64,000 bases of DNA from Podarcis melisellensis (lineage: Eukaryota): the NCBI GenBank assembly GCA_964234715.1, contig OZ174277.1. One strand, written 5' to 3'. The notes under the pieces are model-generated. The model saw only the letters and a list, made by a program, of their open reading frames with translations, did no database searches and was not told the origin of the DNA. Below, one piece after another: positions 49,914-60,767 of the stretch; the first letter of the stretch is position 1; every line of letters begins with the position of its first letter. A program made the translations under genes and the position numbers.

Positions 49914-50020
49914 CGGAAGCCCAGGTAGTCCTGGTAAACCATCTGTGCCATCTCTTCCTGGCAAACCATCTTCTCCTTTATATCCAGGAATTCCTGGAAT
50001 TCCTTGGTCTCCTTTAGCAC
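49914..50020 (-). CDS. COL4A2: COL4A2 exon (ex24 equivalent, 107 bp)
   Basis: [36 protein letters not shown]; GTAAGT donor. Confidence 0.95.
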
Positions 50021-50117
50021 CTAAGTGAAACACAACTCGTATAATAAATATACTGCTGCTAAATGTGGTACGTTTGCAGAAATAAAAATAAATTGAAATG
50101 CAGAGCTATGGCCATAC

Positions 50118-50190
50118 CTCTTGTGGTAACATATCGCGAATCTCCTTTTGGACCTTGTTGTCCAGGTGGCCCAGGTACACCAGGCAATCC
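50118..50190 (-). CDS. COL4A2: COL4A2 exon (ex23 equivalent, 73 bp)
   Basis: GLPGVPGPPGQQGPKGDSRYVTTR. Confidence 0.94.
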
Positions 50191-50719
50191 CTAATAGTCA
50201 AGATTATGAGAGTTAAGTTAGTCATATTAGTAACATACAAAAGTGTAAGGGTAAACCCATTTCCTCTTGCAAGAAAAAGGAATAACCCTCTTGACAAGAT
50301 GCAGAGAAAATAGGTTTCAGAGTGAAAGGATGAAGAGGCAACATCAATTTCCTGTGTCTGTATGTGTGTGAGAGAAGTAATTGCTCTGTTGCAGGCAGAC
50401 TATGTCACATAAAGTTGGTTTATAGTATGATCATATTTATGCTTAAAAGGTGAGGGGAATTAGGCAGAGTATGGAAAAATTTTTTTCACAAGGCTACAAA
50501 TAAGTTTAGAAAGCAATGGCTAGCTTGGCCTAGGTTTAGGCCGAGTGTGTGTAAAAACATAGAATACCCACACCTCTGTCCATAAAAAAGAAAACAATAT
50601 TCCGAAAACTGGCCTGAGCACTGAAAAAAGAATTATCACACACAAACAAACACACACACCAAAAGTATCCTCAGTAATTAAAAGAGATTAAAACAAAATC
50701 ATTAAGAACTAATGCAAAT

Positions 50720-50945
50720 TTCAAGAAAGGAGTGTTTCTGACTAAACATCAGAAATAACTTTCTGATGGTAAGGACCGTTTGACAGTGGAACCAACTACT
50801 TTGGAATGTGATGTACTCTCCTTCCTTGGAGGCTGTTAAGCAGAGGCTGGATGGCCACCTGTCACAGATGCTTTAGTCATGCACATGTAGCTTGGACTAG
50901 ATGACCTTTGAGGCTGCTCCCAACTCTGTCATTTTGTCATTCCTT
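50720..50945 (+). mobile_element. CR1 LINE 3' end, old
   Basis: tctccttccttggagg...aagcagaggctggatggccacctgtc...ttggactagatgacc. Confidence 0.8.
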
Positions 50946-51192
50946 TCATGACTCATTAATATTGTACAAATGGGATCATGATATGTGTGTGCAAGTGGAC
51001 CCACGTGACAAGTTTGTGTTATGCTCCCAAAATGATGCTTGGACCTTTCCTAAATAAGTGAAATTGAGATTTTTTTTTGTGGTACGGTGGCATATATACC
51101 TAATCAAAATAAATCTACATTTGTTTAAATAAATTGCATAGGAAACATACTTAATGATATGGAAAAAAGGTGTTACAACATAAATGCCATAC

Positions 51193-51356
51193 TTTTGAGC
51201 CAGGAAAGCCAGGCACTCCATGTGGGCCTTGATCACCAGGGTCTCCTTTTCTCCCCACTGGCCCCATTGGACCTGGAAATCCTGGTGGACCAGGTTGCCC
51301 AGCAGGGCCTCTTTTTCGTTCGGTACTTTCAGCACATTTACAATCTCCTGGCTCTC
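51193..51356 (-). CDS. COL4A2: COL4A2 exon (ex22 equivalent, 164 bp)
   Basis: [55 protein letters not shown]. Confidence 0.95.
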
Positions 51357-51769
51357 CTGCAAAACAATATTCAGAGAAGGAGACCTAAGAATTGCCCTCT
51401 TGAAAGCATATTGTAGAAGCTAAGAGTGAGCAGCAGGGGTTAAAGTGCTCAAGCTCGGCTTCTTTGCCCTTTGGTCCTCAGGGAGCAGAGGGCTTCATCA
51501 GTGTCTGGATTTACTATAATTTAAGGTTATTTTTTACCTTCCTTTTTGAAAAAAATGTGGTAATTTCTACCATGGGAACTTTGGTATAAATTAGTCTACA
51601 CTTCCTTATGTTTTCTCATTGCCTCAATAAATCACATTGCTGCATCCTATACTTCTTTATTGACAATGGTGACAACTTATAATTAAAAGCAAAAGCATTT
51701 CATTTTTTTCTGTAACTTGTTTGCTTATATTAACATTCAATAAAAACAATGAAAAAAGAAGTCACTCTT

Positions 51770-52190
51770 TGTCAGGGAAGAGTTAGAAGTTTCCAGTTTC
51801 TCAGAGGGAGAAAGCATTCCCCAAGGGGGGAAGGAGAGCAGTGAAGCTAACAGAAGGGAGCAAGAGGAACAAGAGGGAGGGACCGGCTGTTCCCAGGAAA
51901 GGCAAGGGTTCAGTTCTAGCTCAGATTGGGAGGAGGGGAGATACAGGCCAGCTCTAGCCAGGAGGGTAGGAAAAAGAGCCAGAAAGCGAAGGGAAGGGCG
52001 CCTTCGCCATTTTGAGGGTGGCTGGTCACGGAGAAGCAGAGCTCAGAAGGGATCTGAAAGAAGTGACTCTAAGGAATAATAGTTAAGAACCGTTTATAAG
52101 ATTGTTTTGTTAATACACAATAAAATGTTTTATAAAAGAACAAGAAGCGTTTGTGTGGTGATCTGAAAAGGACAACGACCAGGCCTGAAA
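51770..52190 (+). mobile_element. Solo LTR of the same family as 28017-28437
   Basis: 421 bp, about 97% identical by hand count; perfect 5-bp TSD ctctt. Confidence 0.95.
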
Positions 52191-52618
52191 CTCTTGTTCC
52201 TGTAAATTACAAAAAATCTCTAAGATAATGTTTCCCTGTAAAAGAGGCAGAATTTACAGTGCATCCACCTTGATACATGCAAACCACTTCTCCAAGCACT
52301 GCAGTGATTACCCAGGAGTGGTTTTGCCTTCATTTGGTAACAGATCACTGGAAGCTTATTACAAAATGATATACGAGTTTGTTTTCTTCAATTATGGTTG
52401 TTGTTGATAAATAAGAACAACAACAAACCAATAATCCTCACTCCCACAACATATTTAAAAAGGCATTGGATGTCATCAGTCAAAGGCCTGGTTGAAGAGG
52501 AAAGTTTTTGCCTGATGACCGGGGAGAGTATTCCACAAGTAGGGAGAAACTGCAGAAAAGGTCCGTTACCACCCTCTGGGCCTCTAGCTTAAGCTTATTT
52601 GCGAATGTATAACTAAAT

Positions 52619-53680
52619 AGGTAAAAGTAAAGGGACCCCTGACCACTAGGTCCAGTCGTGGATGACTCTGGGGTTGCGGCGCTCATCTCGCTTTATTGGC
52701 CAAGGGAGCCGGCGTACAGCTTCCGGGTCATGTGGCCAGCATGACTAAGCTGCTTCTGGAGAACCAGAGCAATGCACAGAAACACCGTTTACCTTCCCGC
52801 CAGAGCAGTACCTATTTATCTACAGTGGTGCCCCGCAAGACGAACGCCTCGCAAGACGAAAAACCCGCTAGACGAAAGGGTTTTCCGTTTTGGAGGCGCT
52901 TCGCAAAACGAATTTCCCTATGGGCTTGCTTCGCAAGAAGAAAGCCCATACGGAAATCTCCGGGGACCTCTTTTAAATGCTGGCGGTGGGGAGCAAAGCC
53001 TTTCCCTCCCTCCAGCCTTCAGAAGAGGTCCAGAAAGGCCGGCGGGGGCCGAAAGGCTTTGCTCCCCACCACCAGCATTTTAAAAGCAGTCCGGGATAGC
53101 AGGGAAGCGCTTCCCGCTATCCCGGATGGCTTTTGAAGGCAGGCAGGGGGCGAAAGTCTTTGCTCCCCCCCGCCTTCAAAAGCTGTCCGGGACAGCGGAG
53201 AAACGCGCTGCGTTTCTCCGCTCTCCTGGGAAGGCAGGCAGGGGGGAGCAAAGACTTTTGCCCCCCGCCGGCCTTCAAAAGAGGTCCAGGACCTCTTCTG
53301 AAGGCTGGCGGGGGGCAAAAGTCTTTGTCCCCCCTGCCTGCCTTCCCGGGGGCTTTTAAATCGCTCTGGGACAGCGGAGAATTCCTCCGCTGTCCCGGGA
53401 AGGCAGGCGGGGGGGAGCAAAGACTCCCCCCCCCGCCAGCCTTCAGAAGAGGTCGGGGGACAGACTGTCCCCGGACCTGGTCTGAAGGCGGTTTCCATAG
53501 GAACGCATTGATTGATTTTCAATGCATTCCTATGGGAAACCGTGCTTCGCAAGACGAAAAACTCGCAAGACGAAAAGACTTGCAGAACGAATTAATTTCG
53601 TCTTGCGAGGCACCACTGTACTTGCACTTTGACGTCCTTTCAAACTGCTAGGTTAGCAGGAGCAGGGACTGAGCAAGGGG
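52619..53680 (-). mobile_element. Sauria SINE split by a MITE
   Basis: Body reads cctatttatcta|...|cttgcactttgac across the insertion. Confidence 0.9.
52823..53618. mobile_element. Tc1/mariner MITE with an internal GC-rich repeat and hairpin array
   Basis: TA|cagtggtgccccgcaagacgaa ... ttcgtcttgcgaggcaccactg|TA. Confidence 0.9.
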
Positions 53681-55008
53681 ATTCAATACTTTGAATCAAA
53701 TCAGCTCTCAAGAGAAATGCCCCACATCCTTGAATGCTGTTAGATTGCAGAGTCTAAAAATTCAGCTCAGCTCTCTTTGTCTCCCTCTCAGGCCTCTATT
53801 GTTTTTCATTCACAAGTAGCTTACCCCTTCCTTTGACTAGTGGGGTGGTGGTGGAATAGGAAATATTTCTCTTTTCCTTTTTCCAGCCTTCTTGGGCCAT
53901 TTTACCCATAGTTCCCCTAATAAAATATGTTCCTGGTAAGGTTGCCACCAACTATTAAGGGAATTATAACTGTCTTTCTGGCTCCATTAACTTCCTCCTG
54001 TCCAAACTCCTAATCCTACAACACTTGTCTCCCTCCTTGAAGAAGTCTAGCTCTCCTGACTGTCTTTAAAATATAACAACTCATAATCAGAACATAGCAG
54101 AGTTGTCCTGTATCAAAAAGCATCTTCTAACAATTGGTACCTATTGAAACAAATCCTAGGCTATTCACACATCTTTGTCAAGTCTGTAAGGCAAATTCAC
54201 AATAACAACCCCATTCACAGGACTTTTATAGCAAAACCTTTAATGTTTATTCAGAATTATCCGATTCAATTTATGGGTGCATAAGGATAACAACTTTGAC
54301 CTGCTATTTGCACATTTAGGGTTCTGACCAGATTCAGAACATGTTAACTTTGAAAACTTGTATCTGGAATCCCATGGCAAGTTGAACAGATCTCTATTTG
54401 TATGTTGGGGGGGGGGGGGAAACTATTTTGGGCAGATGACAAGAAGTGAAGAAACAGCTCTCCTCTTCTTCTTTTACTACTAATACTACTATTGAATTGG
54501 TTCAAATCTTTGTCCCACACAGGTAAATACTATTCAGGCTGCAAAAAAGTTTGTCTCCTGAAAATAAGGGAATCTTGAGATTTCAGGGGTTTCTGGGTCC
54601 TGAAATATGAATTATTTCAGCATTACCCTTTACTTATTGTTAAAATTTATACCTCCCCCAATAAGGTCACATGGCAAATTACAAGCGGCATAAACAATTG
54701 GCATAAATACAGTCATTAGAAACTTCTGGCGAGGCAGCATGGCGGCTGCAACAGCAGAAAAGAGCTCCTGAAGCCAGCCAGAGTAAAAGGCTCTGTCTGG
54801 CCGATTCCCGGGCTCCCAGGTCTGCTGCTGCCACACTGCCAACGGAGAGGAATCGGGGGTGTCCTTCAAAGGAGCCAAAACACCCCCCCACGACCTTGAT
54901 TGAGCTGGAAAGGCACCCGACCACCCCCCCAACAGCCGAGAGGAGCTCCAAATCCAGGAAGACAGTGGAGCTAACACAGAGAGGGAGAAAAAGAAAAGAG
55001 GGAAAGAA

Positions 55009-55009
<1 letters not shown>

Positions 55010-55072
<63 letters not shown>
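55010..55072. repeat. (GAAA)n microsatellite
   Basis: Tandem aaag units. Confidence 0.95.
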
Positions 55073-55073
<1 letters not shown>

Positions 55074-55688
55074 GGTGCCCTAACTTTACCGCTGCTGCCC
55101 CCATCTCTGCCGACAAAGAAGAGGGGAGGTAGGTGAATACAGGAAGGCAAAAGACGCTGCGAAAACACGTGGCTGAGCCGACCGGAGCCTACCTCTCCAT
55201 GCAAAGCCGCATGACAAAGGAGATCGCAGAAAGGAAGAAACTACCCCCTTTTTCCCTCCTTTTTTCTAAAAAAACAAACAAACAAAATCCTTTTTTTAAA
55301 CCCCTTCCTACCCCTCTCCCTTCCCCCCTTTTTTTAAAAAAAAGAAATACTTTTTTATTCCCCCCCATATACCTACTTTTACCATTTTTCTTTTTAAAAG
55401 AGGGGCCACTGCTGCTGCAGCCACCCTTTAATTGAATCTTTATTTTTATTTCTATCTTTTCTACACACTATTTAAAGACACACTTTTCCACACACACACC
55501 CCCCCCTCAATTTAAACCTCATTTTATTTTCACCTCAAACTCCCCTCTTAAGAATTAAAATGGCAGCACCCAGAAAACAGCCCTGAACCACCACAGGCCA
55601 TTTCCTGGGACTGCCACTTCGCCCCAGACTTTCCACTCTCTTTTACCTATACCTTACTCATTTTTATTTTTATTTTTAAATAAAAAGC

Positions 55689-55724
<36 letters not shown>
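55689..55724. repeat. (TCTA)n microsatellite
   Basis: About 9 units. Confidence 0.95.
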
Positions 55725-57114
55725 AAGACAACCCCCTTTTTTTCTTTTACCTTTAATTCTCATTTTTAGCTTTTACCCGTACATTTTTAATTACTTTTTT
55801 ACAAAAAAAAAAATAACAATAATTAGGGGAAAATATTATTATTTATTTTATTTTTACTTTATTTTTTTTTTAAAAAAAACAAACCACACATTTCCCCCCC
55901 CCCTCTTTTTAAAGCCCTTTCTTTTCTATTTGTTGGCTTGTTCTTGAGGGGGGAATCTTTCGCCCCCAGCTACAACCACCACTCTCTTTTAAAACAAAAA
56001 TTTCCTCTACATCACTGTTACTGTTATTGATACTCTCCCCCTCAACTCCCCCTTTTATTTTTCTCTCCCTTTTTTCTCTCCCCTCTCTCTCTTCACCCCT
56101 CCTCATTTTTTCCCTTTACCCCACCTTTCATTTTCCATCCCCAATTTTGTTTTCTACCCCTTTTATTTTTTTAAAATCAAACCCCCCCCCCCGTTTTAGC
56201 CTGTCCGTCAGTTTGTTTTTGAGAGGGGAGCCCTTCCCCCCACCCCCTCTTTTAAAATAAGACTTTCCCCCCCCCATACCATTGCAGCAGCTCTCCCTCC
56301 CTCCCTCTCCCCCTCTCTTTTCTTCTCCTTCCCTCTCCCACCCTTCCCCCTCCTCCTCTCCTTTTCTCTCCCTCCTCCCTCTCTCCATCCCCCCTTTCCC
56401 CTAAAGGAAACACATACACACATTCATATCACCCTATCATAATTTGCCCCCTCATACTATAGCTAAAACTACTGCTGCAATCTAATACCGCTGATATTAC
56501 TGTACTATCTCTCTCTCTCAACTCTCTTTTTGTCTCTCTCTCTCTCTCTCTTCTCTCTTACTCCAATCTCCCCTCTCTCCCCCCGCCTCCCCCCTTCTTC
56601 TTTCTTTCTTCTTCTTCCCTTTTCTCCCTCCACCCTTTACATATAGCCTATTTGTCTGTCTCTGTTTCTAAGCGCACTCCCAACCCCAATTTCCACCTTA
56701 ACTGGACCCCAGTACCCCTTTTGGGTATATACAACCCCCTTCTAAACACATATTTCCCCTGGCCCCACCCCTCTAATCTCTTGCATCTCTACCTGCTAAC
56801 CCCCCTCCCTTTATATGAACTGTCTGTCCGTCAGTCTACCCATCTCTGCTTACCTGCCCTCCCCCCCAGCCTCGGCGGCATCGCTGAGGCAACTACAGAA
56901 AACCCAAGAGAAGTTCTTAAAACACAGGCTAGAAGTGACACAAATGACCACCTAATCCAAACGCTCTGTAAAAGCCACCAGCCAACAAAGCCTGATCAGC
57001 TCAACAACCCAACAATACCCAGGAATCACCACTGCCACAACTCCTAACCACCACACGCCCTACCCCAAGTGGACGCCAAGCCAACCTCAAACCAAAACTA
57101 TCAGGGAGACTGAG

Positions 57115-58173
57115 ATGACACCAACCAGGGAGATGGCAAACAATGCTAAGATGGTAACTCCCCTTCAAGATGATGACCACCCAATAACGAAACGAGATCT
57201 GAGGGAAATGGAAGCAAGATTAGAAGAAATACTGAAGGCCACAATGGCTCCCATGCAGGTACTAATCAACAATCTAACCTCCAAAGTGGAAGCTCTAGAG
57301 AACAAAAACCAAATGCAAGAAAAAATAATAGAGCAATACCGGGAGGAGAACGCACGTGTGAACAAGAAACTGGACGAACTGGTAAACCAAATGGAAGCAG
57401 AACACAGAGAGATGAAAATTAAGCAAGCCGACCTTGAAGACCACAATAGACGTTGTAACATCAGCTTCCGCAACTTTCCTGAAAAAACAGAGGAGAAAAG
57501 CCCAGCAGACCTAATTATACGCTGGCTGAAAAACACAATCCCAAGCCTGAAACTTGAGGCGGATGACTTGGAGAGGGCACACAGAGCCCTAAAACCTATG
57601 CCAAAACCCAGCACCCCCCCAAGAGACATCATTGTATGCTTCACACGCTACAAAAAGAAGGAAGAGATATGGCACCACCTCAGAAACTCAAGCAACCTTC
57701 GATATGGAGAAACCCCCATTCTGGCCCTACAGGACATATCTCAGGATACCCTAAACCGGAGGAAAAGCCTGCGCCCATGCACCCAGCGTCTCCAACAAGC
57801 AGGGACCAAATACCAATGGGGCTTCCCCTTCCGCCTCATTGCAACAACCAATACAACACAACACATGGCTACCAACATACCTGAGGCCCTGCAACTACTA
57901 AAGGACCTTGAACTCGACCTCCCACCGGAATGGCAACCGACAAACCCACCAAATGACAGCCCCAACCAGGAGGAAACAACAGCAAACAACTGGACGACGG
58001 TACAGAGGAAAAAGAATCAACAGAGGCGGCAGAACAACGCAAACCAATACAGGCAAGCATCATGCTCAGAACCGTCCCGCCGGCCATACGACACAAGAAA
58101 CCAGACCAAGATTAACCAAACCAATTCATCGCAGATGGACAACCCTACAACAACAACAACCGCAGCTGAATGA
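57115..58173 (+). CDS. L1 ORF1 protein (352 aa)
   Basis: Coiled coil, then DLEDHNRRCNI, LERAHR, PRDIIV, QDIS...RRK, YQWGFPFRL. Confidence 0.9.
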   Translation: MTPTREMANNAKMVTPLQDDDHPITKRDLREMEARLEEILKATMAPMQVLINNLTSKVEALENKNQMQEKIIEQYREENARVNKKLDELVNQMEAEHREMKIKQADLEDHNRRCNISFRNFPEKTEEKSPADLIIRWLKNTIPSLKLEADDLERAHRALKPMPKPSTPPRDIIVCFTRYKKKEEIWHHLRNSSNLRYGETPILALQDISQDTLNRRKSLRPCTQRLQQAGTKYQWGFPFRLIATTNTTQHMATNIPEALQLLKDLELDLPPEWQPTNPPNDSPNQEETTANNWTTVQRKKNQQRRQNNANQYRQASCSEPSRRPYDTRNQTKINQTNSSQMDNPTTTTTAAE

Positions 58174-58911
58174 AGCAACCAGGAAAAAACCACAAACCGA
58201 AGGACTGGTGATTTCTCCCCCCCCTTTCCCCCTCTCCCCCCCAAAAAACATAGATTTAGTTAACACCATCAACATCCCCCCCAGCCCCGCACCCCCACAG
58301 AAACCCCCACCCCAACACCAGTCCAGACGACCTCAACCACATTCCCCATCACCCACACCTTCAACATCCTCATACTCCATACTAAGGAAAAACAACTCCA
58401 ACCTTAATAACACAACCCACAATCAGGCTAAAATCTGATACCCAACCAGCAATATGGTGGCACCAGAGCGTACCAGCACCCACATCCCCACCCCAACACA
58501 CCAACAATGTTGCTTATAACATTGGCAACATTGCTTACGAACCTTATACCTGATAGCGACGTTACAAAGTCACTTCACACTGTCTTGCTGATCACCCCCC
58601 ATCGCAAACAACAGGGGGATGGCCTGTCCTTGAACATGGCCTTCCGCACCAGCTGAGACCTAGGACCAACCGGCTAAATGCCAGATGGCCCAAAATACCC
58701 CAAACAAACACCTATATGACTACATATAGGAAACTCCCTACAACTTACCCCCTACTCTTTAACCCAAATCTCACTCTAATCCCACTAGCCCCCCACCCAC
58801 CACACCCTAGGTCAGCGCAACCCCACTGGTTCTTTAAACAACACGAAGAGAGAGACACAAGACAACCCGAACGGGTTGGCAGGGAATCACCCCACATAAT
58901 AGATAAGCAAG

Positions 58912-60767
58912 ATGGCTAACCTAAAAGCAATTACATTAAATGTGAGGGGGCTGGGAAACCCCATCAAAAGAAAACACATCACCTCATACATAAACACCAT
59001 GAAACCACACATCACCTTCCTACAAGAAATACACAACCCACCCAAAGGCAGCAAACTCCTGAGCAACCCCCGCTTCAATCAGCAGTGGGTCGCACAAGGC
59101 TCAGGGAAAGCTCGTGGTGTAGCCATAATACTCAGTAGAGACCTGAACTTCACTGCCACAACAGTCCTCAAGGACAAAAAAGGCAGATTCATTTTCGCTA
59201 AAGGGACACTAGATGGCAAAATCAAACTGACAATCGGCTCCATATATGCCCCAAACACGAAACAATTAGAATTCTTCCAGAAGACACTAAACAAATTCTT
59301 CTCCTTCTCTGAAGGGGAAGCAATCCTAGGAGGGGACCTCAATCTAGATATGAAAGGTTTATCCCTGAAAGATATCCACCCCACAACCCCATGGGCAACC
59401 TTCCTCCGAAGGAAACCCCCAACAACTAGGAACTCTTACAAGTTACTAAAAATGCTAAAAAACAGGGGTCTCTACGACATTTGGGGTGAGCAAAACCCGG
59501 GAGACATCAGCCATACATTCCAATCGGGACGCCATGATACAGTGTCCAGACTGGACAGCATTCTACTCACACAGGGTCTGATCCCCTCAGTAGAATCAAC
59601 AAACATAGGTAACATTAAAATCACAGATCACGCCCCAGTAGAAGTCATCGTTAAAATAGGAGAAGGAACACAAACCACCCCATCATGGTCCTTCAGTCCC
59701 ATCCTAATTACAGCCAAACAAATTAGAGAGTCTCACAAAAACTGTCCAAAACTACTTCAAGGAAAACGATGTAAACAATATAACAACCCCCCTCCTATGG
59801 GACGCAATGAAAGCGGTCACCAGAGGAGCTTGCATAAAAGAGAAAACATTCCTTAAAAAACAAACCTCCTCAAAAATTAGCAAAATAGAACAAGACATCA
59901 CAGTCCTCTCGTCACGCTACAAACAAACAGGATCTAAAAAACTCCTCAAACTTATAGAACAAAAAAGGAGAGAACTAGACTCCCTAGAAATTAACAAAAC
60001 AATGATCAACATTCTATACTCTAAACAACGTTTCTACGAATATGGAGGGAAAAACTCCAGATTACTAGCAAATAGATGTAGGAAAAAAGCACTCAAAACA
60101 AGAATACACTGCATCACCAAAAAAGACGGCAACATAACATTATCCCCCGAAGAAATAGCCTCAGAATTTGCAGAATTCTACTCCAACCTATACACCTCCC
60201 ATAACCCACCAGAGAAGGAAATCAGAACATTTCTAGCAGGACTGACCATGCCTACTCTAACTGATGAGGAACAGGAATTCATGGACAGCCCTATCACCCC
60301 AGAGGAAATAGATGCGGTCCTCAAAAACCTGAAACCACACAAAGCCCCAGGCCCAGATGGCTTCACAGCAGAATTCTATAGGAAATTCAAAGAACCCTTG
60401 ATGCCCTACATGACCCGCCTGTTCAACGATATCATAAAAGGGGGCCCCATCCCCAAAACCTGGACCCATTCCAAAATAGTCTCCATCCCAAAACCACTCA
60501 GTAGAATCATACCGCCCAATCTCATTAATAAACCAAGACTACAAGATATTCACATCAATCTTGGCCAACCGCCTAAAAACCTTCCTACACAAATTAATAG
60601 CCCCAGACCAGACTGGCTTTGTCCCTGGCCGCAATATAACAGACCCCATCAGGAAACTACTGAACCTGATCGAACACAGCAAGGCAACCAAACTCCCATT
60701 GACAATTATGTCCCTAGACATCCTCAAAGCCTTTGACTGCTTGGAGTGGAAATACATATTAGCAGTA
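58912..60767 (+). pseudogene. L1 ORF2 (APE endonuclease and start of RT), frameshifted and interrupted
   Basis: TLNVRGL, FLQE, GDLN, SRLD, TDHAPV; KAPGPDGF; DQTGFVPGR; KAFD. Frame changes near 59735 and 60500. Confidence 0.9.

Larger units (their letters stand above)
1792..51356 (-). other. COL4A2: COL4A2 gene, partial (25 coding exons, equivalent to human exons 22-46); both ends lie outside the window
   Basis: Gly-X-Y exons with GT/AG boundaries sum to 3171 nt in one frame. Alpha2(IV)-specific landmarks: GDCKC, Cys-flanked loop, [16 protein letters not shown], and the NC1 start [26 protein letters not shown]. Confidence 0.97.
54720..60767 (+). mobile_element. L1 LINE (A/C-rich family): putative 5' UTR, ORF1, spacer and ORF2, interrupted at 60768
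   Basis: Candidate start acttctggcg...catggcggc (5' boundary uncertain); ORF1 and ORF2 motifs. Confidence 0.85.

Noticed and set aside
1792-51356. Assignment to COL4A4 or COL4A6
   Set aside because: [24 protein letters not shown], the Cys loop and [18 protein letters not shown] match alpha2(IV) as I recall it; a protein BLAST would confirm.
28017-52190. One giant LTR element that captured collagen exons between its two LTRs
   Set aside because: The 51770 LTR has its own perfect TSD (ctctt) on both sides, so it is an independent solo LTR. The exons are in normal COL4A2 order.
52960-53490. CRISPR-like repeat-spacer array
   Set aside because: Units occur in both orientations inside a TA-flanked MITE in a vertebrate intron; no cas genes.
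54630-57047. Multiple ORFs rich in K/E/R or F/L/S/P
   Set aside because: Low-complexity and microsatellite translations.
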